NCBI RefSeq assembly: GCF_963921235.1
Contig: NC_086097.1
Location: forward strand, 57,414,001 to 57,478,000
Length of the DNA stretch: 64,000 nucleotides
Source: Mobula hypostoma
Lineage: Eukaryota
Direction of reading: 5' to 3'
In this document: positions 39,175 through 50,516 of the stretch, in pieces
Position numbering within the stretch: position 1 is the first letter of the stretch
Layout of the letters: each line of letters starts with the position of its first letter
The notes under the pieces: generated by a model
What the model was told of the DNA's origin: nothing
The model's database searches: none
The model's input: the letters and a program-made list of their open reading frames with translations, nothing else
Made by a program: the position numbers and the translations under genes

Positions 39175-42100
39175 CTGTGGCAGCTTTTTACTATGTTTGT
39201 CAGTGATTTGGACTATGGGATTATTAGATTTGTGGCTAAATTTGCTGATGATACAAAGATAGGTGATAGTGTTGAGGAAACAGAGAGCCTGCAGAGAGAC
39301 TTAGATAGTTTAGGGGAATGGGCAAAGAAGTGGCAAATGAAATACAATGTTGGAAAGTGTATGGTCATGCACTTCAGTGGAAGAAATAAACGGGCAGATT
39401 ATCATTTAAATGGGGAGAGAATTCAAAATACAGAGATGCAAAGGGACTTGGGAGTCCTTGTGCAGGATACCCTAAAGGTTAACCTCCAGGTTGAGTCAGT
39501 GGTGAAGAAAGCGAATGCAATGTTGGCATTCATTTCTAAGGGTATAGAATATAAGAGCAGGGATGTGATGTTGAGGCTCTATGAGGCACTCATGAGACCA
39601 CACTTGGAGTATTGTGTGCAGTTTTGGGGAAAAGGATGCAACCATGGTTGACAAGAGAAGTCAAAGCCAAAGCCAAAGTTAAAGCAAAGGAGAGGGCATA
39701 CAAGGAAGCAAAAATTAGTGGGAAGACAGAGGATTGGGAAGTTTTTAAAACCTTACAAAAGGAAACCAAGAAGGTTATTAAGAGAGAAAAGATTAACTAT
39801 GAAAGGAAGCTAGCAAATAATATCAAAGAGGATACTAAAAGCTTTTTCAAGTATATAAAGAGTAAAAGACAGGCGAGAGTAGATATAGGACCGATAGAAA
39901 ATGATGCTGGAGAAATTGTAATGGGAGATAAGGAGATGGCAGAGGAACTGAATGAGTATTTTGCATCAGTCTTCACTGAGGAAGACATCAGCAGTATACT
40001 GGACACTCAAGGGTGGCAGGGAAGAGAAGTGTGCGCAGTCACAATTATGACAGAGAAAGTACTCAGGAAGCTGAATAGGCTAAAGGTAGATAAATTTCCT
40101 GGACCAGATGGAATGCACCCTCGTGTTCTGAAGGAAGTAGCTGTGGAGATTGCGGAGGCATTAGCGATGATCTTTCAAAAGTCGATAGATTCTGGCATGG
40201 TTCCGGAAGACTGGAAGATTGCAAATGTCACTCCACTATTTAAGAAGGGGGCAAGGAAGCAAAAAGGAAATTATAGACCTGTTAGCTTGACATCGGTGGT
40301 TGGGAAGTTGTTGGAGTCGATTGTCAAGGATGAGGTTACGGAGTACCTGGAGGCATATGACAAGATAGGCAGAACTCAGCATGGATTCCTTGAAGGAAAA
40401 TCCTGCCTGACAAACCTATTACAATTTTTTGAGGAAATTACCAGTAGGCTAGACAAGGGAGATGCAGTGGATGTTGTATATTTGGATTTTCAGAAGGCCT
40501 TTGACAAGGTGCCACACATGAGGCTACTTAACAAGATAAGAGCCCATGGAATTACGGGAAAGTTATATACATGGATAGAGCGTTGGCTGATTGGCAGGAA
40601 ACAGAGAGTGGGAATAAAGGGATCCTGTTCTGCTTGGCTGCCGGTTACCAGTGGTGTTCCACAGGGATCAGTGTTGGGGCCGCTTTTTACATTGTACATC
40701 AATGATTTGGATTATGGAATAGATGGCTTTGTGGCTAAGTTCGCTGACGATACGAAGATAGGTGGAGGGGCCAGTAGTGCTGAGGAAACGGAGAGTCTGC
40801 AGAGAGACTTGGATAGATTGGAAGAATGGGCAGAGAAGTGGCAAATGAAGTACAATGTTGGAAAGTGTATGGTTATGCACTTTGGCAGAAAAAATAAACG
40901 GGCAGACTATTATTTAAATGGGGAAAGACTTCAAAGTTCTAAGATGCAACAGGACTTGGGAGTCCTTGTACAGGATACCCTTAAAGTTAACCTCCAGGTT
41001 GAGTCAATAGTGAAGAAGGCGAATGCAATGTTGGCATTCATTTCTTGAGGAATAGAGTATAGGAGCAGGGATGTGATGTTGAGGCTTTATAAGGCACTGG
41101 TGAGACCTCACTTGGAGTACTGTGGGCAGTTTTGGTCTCCTTATTTGAGAAAGGATGTGCTGACGTTGGAGAGGATACAGAGAAGATTCACTAGAATGAT
41201 TCTGGGAATGAGAGGGTTAACATATGAGGAACGTTTGTCCGCTCTTGGACTGTATTCCTTGGAGTTTAGAAGAATGAGGGGAGACCTCAGAAACATTTCG
41301 AATGTTAAAAGGCATGGACAGAGTGGATGTGGCAAAGTTGTTTCCCATGATGGGGGAGTCTAGTACGAGAGGGCATAACTTAAGGATTGAAGGGCGCCCA
41401 TTCAGAACAGAAATGCGAAGAAATTTTTTTAGTTAGAGGGTGGTGAATCTATGGAATTTGTTGCCACGGGCAGCAGTGGAGGCCAAGTCATTGGGTGTAT
41501 TTAAGGCAGAGATTGATATGTATCTGAGTAGCCAGGGCATCAAAGGTTATGGTGAGAAGGCAGGGGAGTGGGACTAAATAGGAGAATGGATCAGCTCATG
41601 ATAAAATGGCGGAGCAGACTCGATGGGCCGAATGGCCAACTTCTGCTCCTTTGTCTTATGGTCTTATTTTAGAAAGGATATACTGACATTGGAGAGGGTT
41701 CAGAGAAGATTCATGAGAATGATTCCAGGAATGAAAGGGTTACTGTATGAGGAACATCTGGCAGCTCTTGACTGTATTCCCTGGAGTTCAGGAGAATCAG
41801 GGGGATCTCATAAAAACATTCCAAATGTTAAAAGGCCTGAACAGATTAGATATGGCAGTTATTTCCCATGGTAGGAGAGTTGAGGACAAGAAAGCACTAC
41901 TTCAGGATTGTAGGACGTCCATTTAGAACAGAGATGTGGAGAAATTACTTTAGTCAGAGGATGGTAAATCTGTGGAATTTGTTGCCATGACCGGTGGTGG
42001 AGGCCAAGTCATTGCGTGCATTTAAGGCAGAGATAGATAGATTCTTGATTAGTTAGGGCATCAAAGGGTATGGGGAGAAGGCAGGGGTGTGGGTATGACT

Positions 42101-42188
42101 GGAAGAATTGGATCAACCATGATTGAATGGTGGAGCAGACTCAATGGCCAAATGGCCTTCTTCTGCTCATATATCTTATGGTCTTATG
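39175..42188 (+). mobile_element. 5'-truncated CR1 (outer copy; about 39175-39628 and 41664-42188)
   Basis: KFADDTKIG...RPHLEYCVQFW breaks at about 39628 and resumes as YFRKDILTLERVQRRF at about 41664; tail ctgctcatatatcttatggtcttatg. Confidence 0.85.
39629..41666 (+). mobile_element. Young 5'-truncated CR1 with a continuous RT domain
   Basis: 478-codon ORF (39612-41048) with PGPDGMHPR, NYRPVSLTS, DFQKAFDKVPH, GVPQGSVLGP, FADD; one stop and a frameshift near the C-terminus; tail ctgctcctttgtcttatggtctta. Confidence 0.93.
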
Positions 42189-43959
42189 AATAGTGGACTG
42201 ACAGGGACATCAATTGACTGGTAGGTAGTGCTAGGTATGGGAGGTGAGCAGGCGTGGAGCTGGGACACTATGGTAGATGAATGATAGATAAAGGGAGAGA
42301 AAAAGCCAAGAAAAAGAAAAATGATGACATTTGCAGCAAGGTTGAGTGGAGGCAAGTGTGAAGATGGGTGAAGGCGGTTGAAATGAGATAAGCAGGAACA
42401 GAAAGTATTTCAAAATTGGATTCAGATAATTGAAGAACGTGATAATTGGATTTATTAAAGTAGAAGGGAAAGTTGAACAACATTTGGAACCAGAGCAGGG
42501 ATAGTCGGTGGTGGAACCTTCTGTGTGAAATGGATGGATGGAGCCAGGAGGAGGAAAGGGACAATGATGGGTGAGGGGATGGTGGGAAGGGGAACAAAAT
42601 TCAGGATGACTAGAGGATCAGAAGGAGGAGATGGAAGAAAAAAGGGAGAGGGTGTGTTTACTTAAACTTATGAAACTAATATTCATTTCATTGGGTTGTA
42701 GAAATAAGGTGTTGCTCCTCTAGTTAACGGTGGGCTTCATCCTAGCAGTGGAGAATGCCAAGGATGGACAGCTACATGTGAGAATGAGGAGTGCAGTTGA
42801 AATGCTGGGCAACTGGGAGCTCAAGATGGCCATTGCAGACTGAAAGTAGCTGTTCTGCAAAGTAGTTGCCGAATCTGCGCTTGATCTTGGCAATATAGAG
42901 GAGGCACATCTGGAGCTACAGGTGCAGTAGACGGGGTTGGAGTAGATGCATATGATTATCCTCACCTGGAAGTACTATTAGGTTCTTGGATGATGGTGAA
43001 AGAGGAGATGTAATGACAAGATGCTGTCTGACCTGTTGAAGGTCTCCAGTATTTTTTGTTTTGATTGAAGATTTTCAGCATTTGCAGTTTTTCCACTTTT
43101 TAGTGGCACTGGTATTAAACAAATAATGTCACTAAGCCAGTCACTTAAGAACTAAAATGTGCAGATTAAGCCAAGAACACTTCAGATGTAGCATCACAAG
43201 CAATAAGCCATAAGGTACCATTTCTTTCCTCTTGAACAAGCACTATACTTCGATTGTTGTTCCAGAGGGCAGTTCAGAACAACTCTTGGTCATTTTGTAA
43301 TTGAGTAACTGTAAACTGTAAATATACCGGTGTATCTTTTCATGCACACTTTATGTATAAGAAAAATTTATACAAGACAGTCATCTTTATGTGCCAACCA
43401 TCTTGTATTTTGACTACCATGAATGATTTCTCTTCCAACATGCTAAATGGGTGATTTGTGTAGCTAGAGCTATGTCCCCTTGTAATTGTTCAGTCTAGCC
43501 ACAAATAATTAAATGATTTATCCTATATGTGAGTCAGAGAAACCTTTCTAGTTAATCATTCTGAACCTTCAAGCAAAAGTGATTTCAGATGGGCTTATAC
43601 GCTGGATATTTAACCTAATTGAGATATTGATATACATCCTCTGCAGTTCTTCATACACAAATTGTGAAGAATTATTTTCAAACTAATGGTGACATCCACC
43701 AGTCACTATGTATCAACAACTGAGATAATATTTCTTGATGGCACAATGAAGTAGAAATCTGTAAATGACAGATTTCTGAGGTTAGAAATGAATGGAAGGT
43801 GTTGGAATTGCTGGGCAAGCAAAAAGAATTTTTAAAATATCCTTCTGCCAATCTTGATCTTAACTGTGCATTTCTGACTTGTGCTTTATTTTAGTATGCT
43901 TGATTCTTGAACAGAGAACTGGATTACACAGTCGTTGAGAAGTTATTATACAAATTTTA

Positions 43960-44135
43960 AAGACGAGATTCTGCAGATGCTGGAAATCCAGAGCAGCATA
44001 CACAAAATGCTGGAGGAACTCAAACAAGTCAAGAAGCATCTTCATGAATCTTGGCCTGAAACATCAACTGTCTATTCCTCTTCATGGATGCTATTTGACC
44101 TGCTGAGTTCTTCCACCATTTTGTATGTATTATCC
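43960..44135. repeat. Fold-back Penelope terminal fragment
   Basis: Left arm cacaaaatgctggaggaactca...gtcaagaagcatc; right arm gatgctatttgacctgctgagttcttccaccattttgtatg; partial hammerhead ggcctGAAAcatcaactg between them. Confidence 0.7.
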
Positions 44136-44512
44136 AATTTGTTGCAATGTATGCTCTCATAGTTTCAATGTAATCTGGCAAGAAGCAATCTTTAAAATAT
44201 GGAAGATTTAGCCATCCTTTTGATACAGGAATCCCAATACCAATCATTTTAACTGTTCACGGCAGAGGCTGAAATTCTGCACCCCACCATCCCCTTGCCA
44301 TATTCATATACCGTAGATGAATTAAAATAGTCTAGATCTCATTTAGGCAAATATGCCATGCTCACCCTTCTCCTGGTCATACGAATTCTACTGAGGCATA
44401 ATATTAGCTAAGAAAGATACAGTATAGGCCAATGTGTAGCTATTCATTATAGTTTCACCGGTACTCCTTTTTCTTGATGGTATTGATTCATAAATTTTCT
44501 TTCTGCTTATGA

Positions 44513-44535
44513 ATATATATATATATATATATATA
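44513..44535. repeat. (AT)n microsatellite
   Basis: About 11 perfect AT units. Confidence 0.9.
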
Positions 44536-46036
44536 ATGTATGCTGGATATAATGCAAACTTAGTGATCTGATATAATATCCAATTTACTGTTTGTACAGA
44601 AGCTTAGCTGTAGGCCCTTTGCTGTATATGGTGCCCTAAGTAATTAATATACCAGCTAATCAATGCTTCATCTAGAAAGAATGATTATACAATTAATATA
44701 TAGTCAGTGCTTTTCATCTCTTTCTTGCCTTATATAATGCCCTTATTTTACAGTTTCTTGGGTTCATTTAAAATATTTCTGCAACCATAGATTTTGATTT
44801 TAAAAAAGCAGAATGCTTCAGGCACATTTTGAATGATTCGTTTTAGTGATGCAATGCATCAAGAATTTTTTTGAAATGTTTAAAGTCTGTTGAGACTGCA
44901 ATAAAAAAATCAAATTAATGCATTCTGTTCCATTTTTCTCTAAAATATCTTGCTTACTTTAATGTTATGCGAATCTATGCCATTCCATTTCTGCCTTAGT
45001 GCAAGACTCCTTTGATCTTCTAACTATAAAATTGCTGATAGATGTGCTTATACAACTCACCAATGTCCTACTGTGTATGTCTTTTTTTGTTTAACTATCT
45101 GTGATCTAATAATTATTTTAGTTATGTACTGTATCAGTACAACTAAAAATCTGTGGTTAAAGTTTATTCTCTCCTTCATTTTATTTCTTTTTAAATGCTG
45201 GAGATATGTTGTCATTGTTTTGAAACACTAACTTCAATATTGACAGACTTGCTGAGGATATCTAAGCATCTCTGTATTTGTTTTAAAGCCGTGGTGTACA
45301 GCATACAGTCTAAACTCCAGAGAATTTTTCCGTTCGGCTCCCTTCGAAGAGCGGTAAGCTGCCCTTAGTTGCACCAACAATTTGGTCCCTAGAACCAGAC
45401 ATAGTGAACAATTGCAAAATGACATGTGTCTTTCTATGCAGTATGTACCTATATGTAGTGTCAATAGTGTGCAGTGAAGAGACCTCTGAAAAGTGGGTTT
45501 TCTCTCAAAGGAGCTCCAGTGAGCTCTAGATCAATGGCAGATCTATGCTCTTGGAATCAGCTAAAATGTTAGAGGCCAGACATTCAAATTTATGGAGCAT
45601 TTACAATGTGAGTGACTTGAGGATTAATCATTTCAGGTAAATTGATAAATACAGCCTTGCTTTCAAGCAAGTATGAAAATGCTGCTCAAAGTCCCCCCCA
45701 AAAGTACAAGTTCATCTGCAGAAATGCATTTACAGCAAGTTATATAATGGTTTCAGACTAGCTGGCTCTCAACACGTTCCAAAGACTTGAATGTACTTTC
45801 AAAAATTTCAGATACTATTGAAATGATTTAAACTGGAAAAAGTTGAAAAATCATAAAACACTAAAAATTAAACTATTTTTGAAAGCTTCAAAATAATTAG
45901 AACACTTAAAATAGTAGTAAACACTTGCATCAAAATATATAACAATATATTGGAAGAGTAGATTACCTGAGGCTTGCCTGCCTCCTTTGGAGCTGACCTT
46001 CTCCATTAAAATGATTGAAGTTAATGACACAGTAAA

Positions 46037-46208
46037 AAATCCCTTACTCACTCTTCCTTCAGTTAGTCCTGACGAAGGGTCTCGGCCTGAAACGTCGACT
46101 GCGCCTCTTCCTATAGATGCTGCTTGGCCTGCTGCGTTCACCAGCAACTTTGATGTATGTTGCTTGAATTTCCAGCATCTGCAGAATTCCTGTTGTTTAC
46201 GTTTAAAA
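46037..46208 (+). mobile_element. ~170-bp Penelope terminal-repeat-derived insertion
   Basis: Flanked by 10-bp direct repeat ACACAGTAAA (46027-46036, 46209-46218); homologous end to end to 17829-17997. Confidence 0.85.
46065..46100 (+). ncRNA. Minimal type I hammerhead ribozyme motif, core intact
   Basis: AGUC-CUGACGA-AGGGUCUCGGCCU-GAAA-CGUC-GACU: stem I AGUC/GACU, conserved CUGANGA and GAAA, short stem II, loopless palindromic stem III (ACGU), predicted cleavage after GUC at 46096. Activity untested. Confidence 0.8.
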
Positions 46209-46689
46209 ACACAGTAAAGCTGCTGGGTTCCATGAGGAGACCAATGTTTGACTGAAATAACAGCAGCAAAAGCCTATCATGCAGGACTTGAGTACATTCA
46301 CTTGGGTGGTCTTGCATGTGTTTCAGTCACATAAACAAATTGTATCATTTTAAATCATTTTGGAGTTAGCCTAGGTTCATGGTCCTGTTTGCTTATTTGC
46401 ATTTAGACTAGTCAATCATTTGGGCAAGGCCTCATCATTTCTGCCAGTCAGGATTCTGATGGGAAACTGATTGTAGACATCACCAAAAATTATTTAACTG
46501 ACCAAACTAATTTTTAACAACTCGACTTAAGGAAATTATTCTGATATTATGTCATTTTTGTAGTGATTTCTTCAGAATGTTTAAATATTTTTTGACCTCA
46601 TGTACTAAAAACATCAACGAGAGATGTATCCCACTGATTTTTAATGGTGAAATAATGCACGATACCATTTGTAATTTAACAATTTTTCC

Positions 46690-47410
46690 ACAAATTTAGT
46701 TGATTCATTTAAGTACAAGGATGGTCACCTTGTAATTTTTTCTCGTACATATACTTATCCAATTCCTTCTTTAAAGCCACAATGTAATCTGCTGCCATTA
46801 CATGTACAGGTAGTGCATTGCGGATTCCAACATGTTGTGTAAAATGCGTGTTTCCTCATATCAATCTTAATTCCCTTCCCCTTTATTCTATACCTGTTGA
46901 ATGAGCTTCAATCCTTGACCTCTTTGCCACAGGGAACAGCCTCTCCCTTTCCATTCCAATTGACCTCTCATCATTTTCAGTGGTATTTAACTCAGCCTTC
47001 TCTTCAAAGAAAACAATCCCATCCCCTCTAATATATCATTGTAATTTAGTCTCTAATCCCAGGAACCATTATTTTAAATCTAAATCCAGAATGGCCATCT
47101 TATAATGTAGCATCAGCATTGAACATAGTATTTCAAATGAGGCCAGGCCAATGATAGTTAAAAGTTCAACATAATTTCCCTGCTTTATACTCTATGCATC
47201 TATTGCTAAAGCCCAGCATCTTGTATGCCTTAAATAAATTGTTTTCTCAACTAGCTTGGTGCTTTCAATGAGTTGTGCACACATATATATCTCCATGAGT
47301 CTCTGCTTCTGCACTCCTTTTAGAGCAGCGACCTTATTTTCTAATATTGCCTCTCCTAATTTTTTGTATCAGATTGCATCATCCCTTCTCCCCTGCCCCA
47401 TTGCATTAAA
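46690..47410 (-). mobile_element. Very old CR1 fragment
   Basis: Residual 3' ORF2 similarity (ttatccaattccttc...acagggaacagcctctcc...ccaggaaccatt...ctaaagcccagcatc). Confidence 0.5.
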
Positions 47411-47589
47411 TTTAAATGAAATGGCCATTCAATGATTTCTTATTAGATAAGACACTTCTAGTTGTGAATGTTGAAAGTAAGTATTGGCAGGCAATTCATT
47501 ATCAGGTTGTTAAAGCTAAACCTAGTTCAATGCTCACCTGATATTCTCATGTGTACATTTTCCAGGTGTGAGAATTGCATTTTTATCTC

Positions 47590-50300
47590 TGCTATAGTCA
47601 GAAGGTGATGGAAGCTCTCATCAGCAGGCATATCAAATGGCATTTTCTCATCAGTATGCTAAGCTTGAGCTTTGCCCAGACTATTTAGCCCTAGATCTCA
47701 TCACAGCCTTGATCTTCAGGACAGTGCCCTGATAAAAACCTGCAGTGATACCCTTGGGCTGGATTAAGGAACTAATTTCTAGAGCTGAAGTGAGAGTGAC
47801 TGTTCTTGGTGTTAAGGTAGCACTTCCTCAAGTGTAGCTTCAAGGCATCCGGATAAAACTTTGAAGTCACTGGTCTTTAAAAGGGATAATACTCCAGTGG
47901 CTCGAGTCATTCTTCACACAAAAGATAGTCAGGAAGTCAATCATCCCAGCCCAAGGGTATCACTGCAGATTTTTTAAATCAGGGTACTGTCCTGGATCCA
48001 ACTATCTTCAGCTGCTTGATCAATGACCTTCCTTCATAAAGACAGAAATTAGGATGTTTAATAATGATTGGACAATACTCAATTCCATTCAAAACTCATC
48101 AGAAAATAAAGCAGCATACTTACTTGAAGATTTTGACAACCTTCAGGTATGGGCTGAATTGCGACAGGTTGCTTTTGCACCATAGTAGTGTCAGACCATG
48201 ACCATCTCCAACACTCTTGACATTCAATGATTTTGTCATTATTGCTTCCCTTCCACTGATATCCAGACGGTCACCATTCACTACAAACTCAACTGTACCA
48301 GTCTTGCTGAAAGGTTTTGAATTGAATTGATTTTATTTTATTACTTGCATCCTTCATGAGGAGTAAAAGTCTTTACGTTACGTCTCCTTCTAAATGTACA
48401 ATTTATAATGAATAGTATGTACAACAGGACTGTCAATATAACATAGAAATACAATTGTGTCAGCATGAATTAAGCAGTCTGATGGCCTGGTGAAAGAAGC
48501 CTGTCCCGGAGCTTGTTGGTCCTGGCTTTTATGCTGCGGTACAGTTTTCTTGATGGTAGCAGCTGGAACAGTTTGTGGTTGGGGTGACTCAGTTCCCCAA
48601 TGATCCTTCGGGCCCTTTTTACACATCTGTCTTTGTAAATGTCCTGAATAGTGGGAACTTTACATCTACAGATGCTCTGGGCTGTCCACACCACTCTCTG
48701 CAGAGTCCTGCAATTGAGGGAAGTACAGTTCCCATACCAGGCGATGATGTAGCCAGTCAGGGTGCTCTCAATTATGCCCCTATGGAAAGTTCTTAGGATC
48801 TGGGGGCTCATACCAATCTTCTTCAACCATCTGAGGTGAAAGAGGTGCTGTTGTGCTTTTTTCACCACACAGCTGGCATGTTCAGACGGTGTGAGATCCT
48901 CAGTGATGTTTATGCAGAGGAATTTAAAGCGGTTCACCATCCTATCAACATCAATGGGGTTGAGGTCTAGCCCGTCTCCACTCCTCCTGTAGTCCATGAC
49001 CAGCTCCTTTGTTTTTGCGACATTGAGGGAGATCTTGACACCACTGTGTCAGGTTGATGACTTCTTCTCTGTAGGCTGCCTCGTTATTATTTGAGATTAG
49101 GCCAATCAGTATAGTATCATCAGCAAATTTAATTAGCAGATTGGAGCTGTGGGTGGCGACACAGTCATGGGTATACAGAGAGTAAAGGAGGGGGCTTAGT
49201 ACACAGCTCTGAGGGACACAGGGACAAAAGTGAGGGAGCCCACTCTTACCACCTGCTGGCGATCTGACAGGAAGTCCAGGATTCAACCACACAACGCAGG
49301 ATGAAGGCCGAAATCTCTGAGCTTCTTGTCGAGCCTGGAGGGAATTATGGTGTTGAATGCTGAACTGTAGTCCAAGAACAGCATTCTCACATAGCATGCT
49401 TCTTCTCCAGATGTTTATGGACGGTGTGTAGAGCTGTGGCTATTGCGTCATATGTCGATCAGTTGTGTCAGTAGGCGAAATGTAGGGGCTCCAATGAATG
49501 CAGTAGCAAGCTGCAGATGTAGTCCTTGACCAGCCTCTCAAAGCATTTGCTTATTATTGAGGTGAGTGTGGCAGGATGCCAGTCGTTCAGGCATGTTACC
49601 TTGGTCTTTTTGGGTATAGGAATATTTGAAGCAGGAGGGCACTCTACGTGGGAGAGGGAGAGATTAAAAAAAAAAGTCAACTGTTCTTTTTTCCATAGAA
49701 GTGTAATTTTGTGTCCCAAAGGGCAGATCAGAGAATGGGTGTCCTGCAGTGAATGACTCATCTCCTAATACCCCAGGCTCTTTCACCATGAACAAGTCAC
49801 AGACCAGGAACTTAATGGAGTAACTTTCATTTGCCTGGATGAAGGCAGCTCCAACAACTCTCAGGAAGAACATTGTCCAGTACAGAGTAGTCCAGTTGAA
49901 TAGAATCCCATTAACATCTTTAAAACATTATTATCTCTACCATCACCATGGTTGCAGTTTCCACCATATATGTGATGAACTGCAGTTCCTTGCCCAGGCT
50001 TCTCTGACTACACCTTATGAATCTGTAATGTTTACCACCAAGGATGAACACAGCAGATGTGTGTGGAAATTACAATCTGCAGGTCACCCTCCAGAATGGG
50101 TACTCCTATCCCGACTTAGAAATATATCACTGGTTTGACATAATTTATTGGTCTTAATCTTAGGCCACTCCACCAATTGGAGTATCTTCACTAGAAGGAC
50201 TGAAATCCTTCAAGAAGCCAGCTCACCACCACCTTCTCATGGATGTTTAGAGGTGGGCAACAAATCCTATGCCAGCTATGCCTACATCCAGAAAAAGAAT
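47590..50300 (+). mobile_element. Old L2/CR1-group LINE, interrupted at about 48310-49630
   Basis: QG.VL.PTIFSCLINDLP-like stretch near 47980-48030; 3' end caagaagccagctcaccaccaccttctc. Confidence 0.55.
48315..49625 (-). mobile_element. Rex1/Babar-like LINE, 5'-truncated
   Basis: CLNDW.P..LTSIISKCFERLV, PQSCVLSPLLYSLYTHDC, KFADDT.LIGLI, HPNHKLFQLLPS; tail ttgaattgaattga. Confidence 0.88.
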
Positions 50301-50516
50301 ATATTGTAAAAGTATAATATCAAATACATTGAATTACAGAAAATATCTAGAAGGGTAATTTTGTGTAAAATTACACTTCTATTTTGATGGCCATTGTCCT
50401 GGCACTGTCACTTGTAAACATCAATTCTGTTTCTGGCGACACTTGGCTAAAATTAAGGGTGATCATGGGGTTACTTAGGTAGTGCAGAAGAGAAAGTGTT
50501 GTGTAACTTAAGAGTA

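Larger units (their letters stand above)
38991..43100 (-). mobile_element. Penelope-like element 3' remnant (GIY-YIG endonuclease, 3' tract, terminal repeat), split by CR1 insertions
   Basis: Minus strand about 42850-42960 reads SNPVYCTCSSRC(G)LLYIAKIKRRFGNYFAEQ across a frameshift; terminal repeat with degenerate hammerhead at about 39080-39117; inverted tail 43016-43100. Confidence 0.75.

Noticed and set aside
39612..41048. 478-aa ORF as a host or domesticated gene
   Set aside because: Ordinary CR1 ORF2 fragment: 5'-truncated, chimeric start, premature stop, typical CR1 tail.
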